Source of the DNA: a virus
DNA: 35,276 nt
Virus record (IMG/VR): IMGVR_UViG_3300021963_000012
Span: 1-35,276 of that record
Strand: one strand, 5' to 3'
The translations under genes and the position numbers were made by a program. The notes below the pieces were generated by a model. It ran no database searches. It saw nothing but the letters and a program-made list of their open reading frames with translations, and had not been told where the DNA came from. Below, one piece after another: positions 14,574 through 19,630 of this stretch; position 1 is the first letter of the stretch, and each line of letters opens with the position of its first letter.

Positions 14574-14801
14574 ATGGAATACGATAATACGAATAGCGGT
14601 GTGTTGTTTAAGAACGAGTCGGACAACGAGAAAGCCCCAGCGTACAAGGGCAAGTTAAACGTGGACGGGACTGAGTACCAACTAGCCGCGTGGATTAAGA
14701 CCGGCAAGTCTGGGCAGAAGTTTATGAGCCTCAAGGTGGAACTGCCGAAACCAAAGGCAGAGCCTAAGCAACAAGCCTTAGAGGACGACATCCCATTCTG
14801 A
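14574..14801 (+). CDS. Compact single-stranded DNA-binding protein with canonical acidic tip
   Basis: GVLFKNESDNEKAPAYKGKLNVDGTEYQLAAWIKTGKSGQKFMSLKV is OB-like. The C-terminus ...LEDDIPF matches the SSB DDDIPF protein-interaction tail. SD AGGAGAAGTAAATG. Confidence 0.65.
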   Translation: MEYDNTNSGVLFKNESDNEKAPAYKGKLNVDGTEYQLAAWIKTGKSGQKFMSLKVELPKPKAEPKQQALEDDIPF

Positions 14802-14848
14802 CACAGCAACAACTGAAAGCCCTGTTTGATTACAGGCGCGGACGACTT

Positions 14849-15310
14849 GTGTGGAAGCCTCGACCCATTGAGGCTTTCGCCAAGTATTCTGCCTACGTCA
14901 TGTGGAACCGCAGATATGCAAATAGGGTTGCCGGTCACATAACCCCTCGCGGTTATCGCAAAATTGCTATATTCAAGAAGCCTTACTTTGCCCACAGGAT
15001 TGTCTGGGCTTACCACTATGGGTACTGGCCGGAGCAAATTGACCACATAAACTGCAAGTTTGCCGATAACAGGATAGGCAACCTCAGAGAGGCTACGCAG
15101 ACCGAGAACAGGTGGAACTCCAAACGCAGAATAAAAACCAAGTCAAACGTGAAGGGTGTGTATAAGCGGGGGAGAAGACTTTACGAGGCGCACATAATGG
15201 CCAACGGAAAGAGGTATTATTTTGGGAGATTTGTTCGAAAATCTGACGCAGCCAGAGCCGTCACCACCGCAAGAAAAGCGTTGCATAAAACATTTGCTAG
15301 GGCTGGTTAA
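14849..15310 (+). CDS. HNH homing endonuclease with AP2-type DNA-binding domain
   Basis: AHRIVWAYHYGYWPEQIDHINCKFADNRIGNLREATQTENRWN is the HNH motif. KGVYKRGRRLYEAHIMANGKRYYFGRFVRKSDAARAV is AP2-like. The frame is open from 14768, so the true start is probably upstream (CTG 14798). Confidence 0.8.
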   Translation: MWKPRPIEAFAKYSAYVMWNRRYANRVAGHITPRGYRKIAIFKKPYFAHRIVWAYHYGYWPEQIDHINCKFADNRIGNLREATQTENRWNSKRRIKTKSNVKGVYKRGRRLYEAHIMANGKRYYFGRFVRKSDAARAVTTARKALHKTFARAG

Positions 15311-15356
15311 TAGAGGAACCTTTACCGCTACCCCAGAGGAGTTCTATCAAATCGTG

Positions 15357-15539
15357 ATGAGCGAACATGAGGCGAAGATAGAAGGGCTGGCAAGGTATGT
15401 GTTGACGCTCCCAACAAGGGAGGCAAGGAGGAAGTGGCTTGACCAGTTTGAGGCCAAGCACAATTTGACAATAGCCGAGGAACTAAAGGAAAGAATTACT
15501 CAGATTCATAGAGAGCGCGTTCGTGCTTCCGACGCTTAA
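15357..15539 (+). CDS. Hypothetical protein (last rightward gene)
   Basis: MSEHEAKIEGLARYVLTLPTREARRKWLDQFEAKHNLTIAEELKERITQIHRERVRASDA. The track ORF from 15222 overlaps the HNH gene, so ATG 15357 is preferred. Its 3' end overlaps the convergent endolysin by 44 nt. Confidence 0.4.
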   Translation: MSEHEAKIEGLARYVLTLPTREARRKWLDQFEAKHNLTIAEELKERITQIHRERVRASDA

Positions 15540-15975
15540 CTAAGCCAGGCAGCTCTTTCCCACCCGCTTTAGTCCACGCCATGAAGGACTCAGCCGCGCC
15601 CTCAAAATCTCCACGATTGTGCTTCATGCGGATGGTTGACCTTTGGAGGTTGCCAAGCCCGACGTTGAAGGAGAAGGAAACCAAAGCGTCAAAGCGGCCT
15701 TGAGTAAGTCCACTTGGACAGAGGCGCAGAACACCTCGTTCGAATGTAGCCAAGTCTTGAGCCAAGAGAGCATCAACTTCTGCCATGCTAAGAACTCTGT
15801 CCCATCCGTTGGGAATTGGTAGATTTTTGCGGTCATCAAACTTTACCCTTATGTGGTTCTGGTCTATGACGTGCCCTACACCGACAGTCCAAAGCAAGGC
15901 AGGGCAACGGTAAGGTTTTGTCCTTACCCCCTCGTCTTTCTTGATGCCATCTATCGCTTCCTTGCTTACCTTCAC
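15496..15975 (-). CDS. Endolysin, GH24 (T4/lambda-type lysozyme family)
   Basis: IKKDEGVRTKPYRCPALLWTVGVGH contains the catalytic Glu context. FDALVSFSFNVGLGNLQRSTIRMKHNRGDF is also typical of Phage_lysozyme. Confidence 0.85.
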   Translation of the reverse strand: MKVSKEAIDGIKKDEGVRTKPYRCPALLWTVGVGHVIDQNHIRVKFDDRKNLPIPNGWDRVLSMAEVDALLAQDLATFERGVLRLCPSGLTQGRFDALVSFSFNVGLGNLQRSTIRMKHNRGDFEGAAESFMAWTKAGGKELPGLVKRRKHERALYESE

Positions 15976-16475
15976 TTCTTACCCCATTGGCGGCTCCCGA
16001 ACCAAAAACTTACAATCCCAGAGAGCAGGGCCATCTCGTCTTCGGAGAAGATTACGTCCGTGGCGGCGATAAACTGCTCCACGCTCATGTCTCCAAGACC
16101 GCCTTTTAGCAAGAAGTAGGTTAGCCCCATGTTGATTAGCACCAACTCTAAGACGAAGATAAAGGTGACCGCAGGGCGCACTATGCCGTTTAGGTTCACG
16201 ACCCAACCAGAGGCGCGAGCCATGATAGCCTTGTCGTGGTCTAAAGCGGCGCTCTGGCGGTCTGCATCGGTCTGAAGCGCAATCTGGTCAGTCCTAATCT
16301 CCTCGACCCTCTGTTGGGCTAGGAAACCGCGTTCTGCAAGGGCTAACTCGCGCTCGGTCTGCATCTGCGCCAACTTCAACTCTTGTGCCTTGTCAGCCTT
16401 GTCTTGGAAGAAGTTTAGGATTTGCGGTAAGCCAGAGGCTAAGAATCCGACAGCGGAAGAAATAAGGGATAGCAT
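15972..16475 (-). CDS. Holin candidate (GTA-type 3-TM holin-like)
   Basis: Starts at ATG 16475 (MLSLISSAVGFLASGLPQILNFF...). A coiled middle region is followed by hydrophobic segments: RPAVTFIFVLELVLINMGLTYFLL and LLSGIVSFWFG. ATGA-coupled to the endolysin. Confidence 0.5.
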   Translation of the reverse strand: MLSLISSAVGFLASGLPQILNFFQDKADKAQELKLAQMQTERELALAERGFLAQQRVEEIRTDQIALQTDADRQSAALDHDKAIMARASGWVVNLNGIVRPAVTFIFVLELVLINMGLTYFLLKGGLGDMSVEQFIAATDVIFSEDEMALLSGIVSFWFGSRQWGKK

Positions 16476-16924
16476 TACAGGTGTCCTTTGAAGATGTAGT
16501 AAGTGGTGACTATGATTAGCGAGGCTACGAAGCACATAACCTTGAGTTCACGGAGTTTCTTTAGGTCACGCCCCATCTCGTCGCGTCCCTCCTTGACCTC
16601 CTTCATCTGGCGTTCCTTGATGGCTTGGATTTCCTTCCACTCGAACTCTGCCTTTTCCTTTCCGTAGCGTTCTACAAGCTGTTGGAATAGGTCGTCTTCG
16701 GCTTCCTTCACTTCCTTGAGTCTTCTCCACTCTGCGAAGGCTGTGAGGATGGTGGTGTCACCCTTTACCACCCGCTGTTTCTTTTGGAATTGTTGCTTGG
16801 CTTGGAGTTCTGCGACCCCTAATTTCTGTATGTCTTGGACTACTGATTCTATTTCTTTACCTGCCGCAATCGCGCTTTTTATACCCTGCGCTGCACTTTT
16901 TGCCGAGGCTACTAAATCACTCAT
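16475..16924 (-). CDS. Coiled-coil protein with a single C-terminal TM anchor
   Basis: 149 aa, K/E-rich with heptad-like sequence, ending in VMCFVASLIIVTTYYIF. Immediately upstream of the holin. Confidence 0.45.
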   Translation of the reverse strand: MSDLVASAKSAAQGIKSAIAAGKEIESVVQDIQKLGVAELQAKQQFQKKQRVVKGDTTILTAFAEWRRLKEVKEAEDDLFQQLVERYGKEKAEFEWKEIQAIKERQMKEVKEGRDEMGRDLKKLRELKVMCFVASLIIVTTYYIFKGHL

Positions 16925-17863
16925 TTATCCCACTTTCTCTCCTCGAAAGTAAGCCACCCCATTTATTACTTCACATAGTTCAGGAGGTAATAACATACCA
17001 TTCTTAAATGTCAGAACCGCGAATCCTGAACACCAGTTCACGGGGTTTTCTTCTGTGTAAACAAACTGGTCGCCAGTAGGTTCTGCAAGGGTTCCAGTAT
17101 CTATTCCGTATCTGCGCCCATTGTAGTCAACCCAAGGTGTGACCATCAGTTTATGCAGGTGTCCCGTGACGATGCTTCTGCCTGATTTCAGGGCGTTGTT
17201 ATAGGTTGCGTGTTGCCCGTTGTGCCACCGATGCTTGACGACCACCGAGTTATTTATGTCCACACGCCAACCCGTGTGGTAGCCCGGAAAATACGAAAAC
17301 AAGTCCGAGAACTCTACTAAAGCATCCGCATGGGTAGCAATGTAGTTAAAGAGGCGTGTATCGTGGTTCCCGTAAGTCCAGAACTTAGTAGCGTTCTTAG
17401 AAGCGTTTGCAATCTCGGTTAAACGGTCTTGACAGGCTTCTATCTCTTGCTTTGGGGTAGGGGGGTTAGTTCCCATCAGGGCGGCGTGGCGGCTGATTCT
17501 AGCCCCGTCAAAGACATCCCCGTTTAGGATGATGGTCTTGGGCTTAAATTCTGTCAGCAGGGAAACAAACGCCTTGTGTGCTACGGTTTCCTCGTCAGGC
17601 CAGTAATGGCAGTCGGAGGCTATAAAGACGTGACCGTTATCTACGGTGTGGGAGATAACCCTGCGGTTATCTGGGATGTATGTGTTGGCGATGCTGTGCT
17701 GTCTTGCGGCAAAGGAGGGTAGGGATACGTCTTTTATTGCCGCCCGCCTTCGGTAAACCGTACCAACGTCTATGCCTAGAACCTGCGCTACCTTCTGTGG
17801 ACTTCCGTAGGTCTTAAACGCCGCTATTAGTTCCTCGTCCGACACCTTTTTTAGTGCTACCAC
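16925..17863 (-). CDS. HTH domain fused to a calcineurin-like metallophosphoesterase
   Basis: N-terminal SPQKVAQVLGIDVGTVYRRR is the HTH. The MPE motifs are SDCHYW (DxH), NGDVFDG (GDxxD), YGNHD (GNHD) and TGHLH (GHxH). The GTG start has SD GGGAGGAAGC. Confidence 0.75.
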   Translation of the reverse strand: MVALKKVSDEELIAAFKTYGSPQKVAQVLGIDVGTVYRRRAAIKDVSLPSFAARQHSIANTYIPDNRRVISHTVDNGHVFIASDCHYWPDEETVAHKAFVSLLTEFKPKTIILNGDVFDGARISRHAALMGTNPPTPKQEIEACQDRLTEIANASKNATKFWTYGNHDTRLFNYIATHADALVEFSDLFSYFPGYHTGWRVDINNSVVVKHRWHNGQHATYNNALKSGRSIVTGHLHKLMVTPWVDYNGRRYGIDTGTLAEPTGDQFVYTEENPVNWCSGFAVLTFKNGMLLPPELCEVINGVAYFRGEKVG

Positions 17864-18284
17864 GCTTCCTCCCGCTTAGAGTCATTACGTCAATCGGCTC
17901 ATGGGAGGATGTATCGTACAGACACGCCAGCTTTACTGCTTCTGCCGGAGATAGTCCTAAGTGCATGGCAGCGATAGCAAAGTTTGCCCCAGTTCCAATT
18001 GCCCAAAAGTCGTTCTTTATCTTCGCAGGAATGATGGTACTCTCGTAAATCCAAATGCCATCACTTCTGAGTTCGAGAACGGTCACATCCGTATCCGAGT
18101 CTAGGTCAGCCCCAGACTCCAACGAATTGTAGAACTTTAATAGTTTATCCCAATCCCCGCAACCCCCGTAGATGCTGTTCTCGCCCCTACGGATTTTGGT
18201 CACGAGGTAGAAGGAGTCATCACCGCTAACCATTGAGTCTGCGGCCACTTCGCCCGTAGACGCTTTGGCCGCGATGGTGGTCAT
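17814..18284 (-). CDS. HslV/proteasome beta-subunit-like Ntn-hydrolase (peptidase T1-like)
   Basis: N-terminus MTTIAAK parallels HslV MTTIV. Also present are AADSM (Asp17-like), VTKIRR (Lys33-like), GGCGDW and AIGTGANFAIAAM (HslV AIGSGGPYA). Confidence 0.6.
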   Translation of the reverse strand: MTTIAAKASTGEVAADSMVSGDDSFYLVTKIRRGENSIYGGCGDWDKLLKFYNSLESGADLDSDTDVTVLELRSDGIWIYESTIIPAKIKNDFWAIGTGANFAIAAMHLGLSPAEAVKLACLYDTSSHEPIDVMTLSGRKRGSTKKGVGRGTNSGV

Positions 18285-18442
18285 TTAGTCAACAGGTTTA
18301 GCAGTAAAAGGATTATGCAACCAGCAGAGCCGATTAGGATTTGCTCTAGCCGCTTTAGTCGTGCGTTTATCCCAAGATAGCGTTCAGCGCAGACAGCCTC
18401 GTGGGTGTCTAGTTGACCTTGAACTTCGCCAATTGTCGCCAT
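18281..18442 (-). CDS. Tail-anchored mini membrane protein (53 aa), not in the ORF track
   Basis: MATIGEVQGQLDTHEAVCAERYLGINARLKRLEQILIGSAGCIILLLLNLLTK. ATGA-coupled to the HslV-like gene. Confidence 0.45.
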   Translation of the reverse strand: MATIGEVQGQLDTHEAVCAERYLGINARLKRLEQILIGSAGCIILLLLNLLTK

Positions 18443-18443
18443 A

Positions 18444-18656
18444 CTAAGCACCTATCTTGTCCATGATTTCGTCAAAGCTCTCTGCCACCTCCCAAGAATT
18501 GCCGTTCATGCCGTAGCAGACACGAACCTCTGTGCCGTCTTCTTGGGTGTGCTGGAAGATTGACGCAATCAGGTCTGTGTTGATAATCAGACCCTCACCG
18601 ATGCGCCCCTTGGCGGCGTTAGTTAGTTTGATAAGTTTCACGCTATCTCCACCCAT
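18444..18656 (-). CDS. Hypothetical small protein
   Basis: 70-aa ORF. The internal GTG 18641 has SD GGTGGAGA and a GTGA overlap with the upstream stop, so it may be the real start. Confidence 0.4.
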   Translation of the reverse strand: MGGDSVKLIKLTNAAKGRIGEGLIINTDLIASIFQHTQEDGTEVRVCYGMNGNSWEVAESFDEIMDKIGA

Positions 18657-19015
18657 GAGGTTGTAGCCTCATCCCATGAATACCGCTTTGGGTTCTCAGG
18701 AGTGCCGACATCCGTTGGGTACGGTACTGGCGAATCCCACAGGCAAGTGGTTTCGTTTAGCAACCAAGACGCATAGGGTTTGGGAGGAATGAACGCATCA
18801 CGCCCCTCATCGTAGGTGTAGCCTATTCCCGCATAGTTCTTACGAAACGGGGTTCCACCTAGTGCGTGTACACCACCGTGGGTGTTATACGAAGTCTGTT
18901 TGTAGACATCGCCTGTACGGGCAGAGAGTTCTGCCTCTTTGCCGTTGTCCTCGTCACGACCAACCGTGACAAAAATAACAACATTGTTTTCATCTAACTT
19001 GGCAAAGTGCGCCAT
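18638..19015 (-). CDS. Conserved phage protein of unknown function
   Basis: The pattern MAHFAKLDENNVV...YAGIGYTYDEGRDAFIPPKPYASWLLNETTCLWDSPVPYP...YSWDEATTSW recurs in marine podo- and cyanophages, by recollection. Confidence 0.5.
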   Translation of the reverse strand: MAHFAKLDENNVVIFVTVGRDEDNGKEAELSARTGDVYKQTSYNTHGGVHALGGTPFRKNYAGIGYTYDEGRDAFIPPKPYASWLLNETTCLWDSPVPYPTDVGTPENPKRYSWDEATTSWVEIA

Positions 19016-19630
19016 CTAAATCTCCTTTGTAGATTCAAGTTTAAGGCCAGTCAAGTCTATTTCGTCACCGACTAAACCAACCGGAAAGGTATTAAAAGAA
19101 AGGCTAATTCTTGTGTCCTCACCTTTAACAGTTTCGACCATGTGGGTCAGGCTTGATGGAAACAAAATTAAATCCCCTGTTCCAACCTCAAACCACCAAC
19201 TATCAGAGTTCCAAACATTCCACTCACTTGGAGGTAGTTTGATTTGCTGAAACCCATCACGGTAAAAGTGAATCTTGTCTGTCTCACGATTTGCCTGTGG
19301 GTAAAAAACCCCGGATATAAACGAATTAGGGTGATTATGCTTGTGATGAAAACCGCCTGGTTTCGTATAGTTAATCCAAGACTGTGTAATTCGTAAATTT
19401 ACATTGTGTTTTGGACTATGAACTTTCTTAAAATAATCTGAAACGCCAGACTCAATAAAGTCTCTTAATTTTGTCATTTCAAAATTACGAAGAACTGTAT
19501 TGTCAATAGATGTTTCATTCCCAGCATTAGGTCTGGTTTCTTGATTATTTATAAACAAAAGTTCTCCCTCAGTCAGTTTGCGTTCTAACTTATAAATTGC
19601 TACTGGCTGAGGGAAAAGGCTATGCATCAC
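19016..19630 (-). CDS. 2OG-Fe(II) oxygenase superfamily protein (TIGR02466/PF13759-like)
   Basis: FHHKHNHPNSFISGVFYP, then LILFPSSLTHMVE. ATGA overlap with the upstream Gly-rich gene. Confidence 0.65.
   Translation of the reverse strand: MMHSLFPQPVAIYKLERKLTEGELLFINNQETRPNAGNETSIDNTVLRNFEMTKLRDFIESGVSDYFKKVHSPKHNVNLRITQSWINYTKPGGFHHKHNHPNSFISGVFYPQANRETDKIHFYRDGFQQIKLPPSEWNVWNSDSWWFEVGTGDLILFPSSLTHMVETVKGEDTRISLSFNTFPVGLVGDEIDLTGLKLESTKEI

Noticed and set aside
14546-15046. 166-aa minus-strand ORF.
   Set aside because: It is antisense to the SSB and HNH genes, which have clear motifs and SDs. It sits inside the plus-strand operon.
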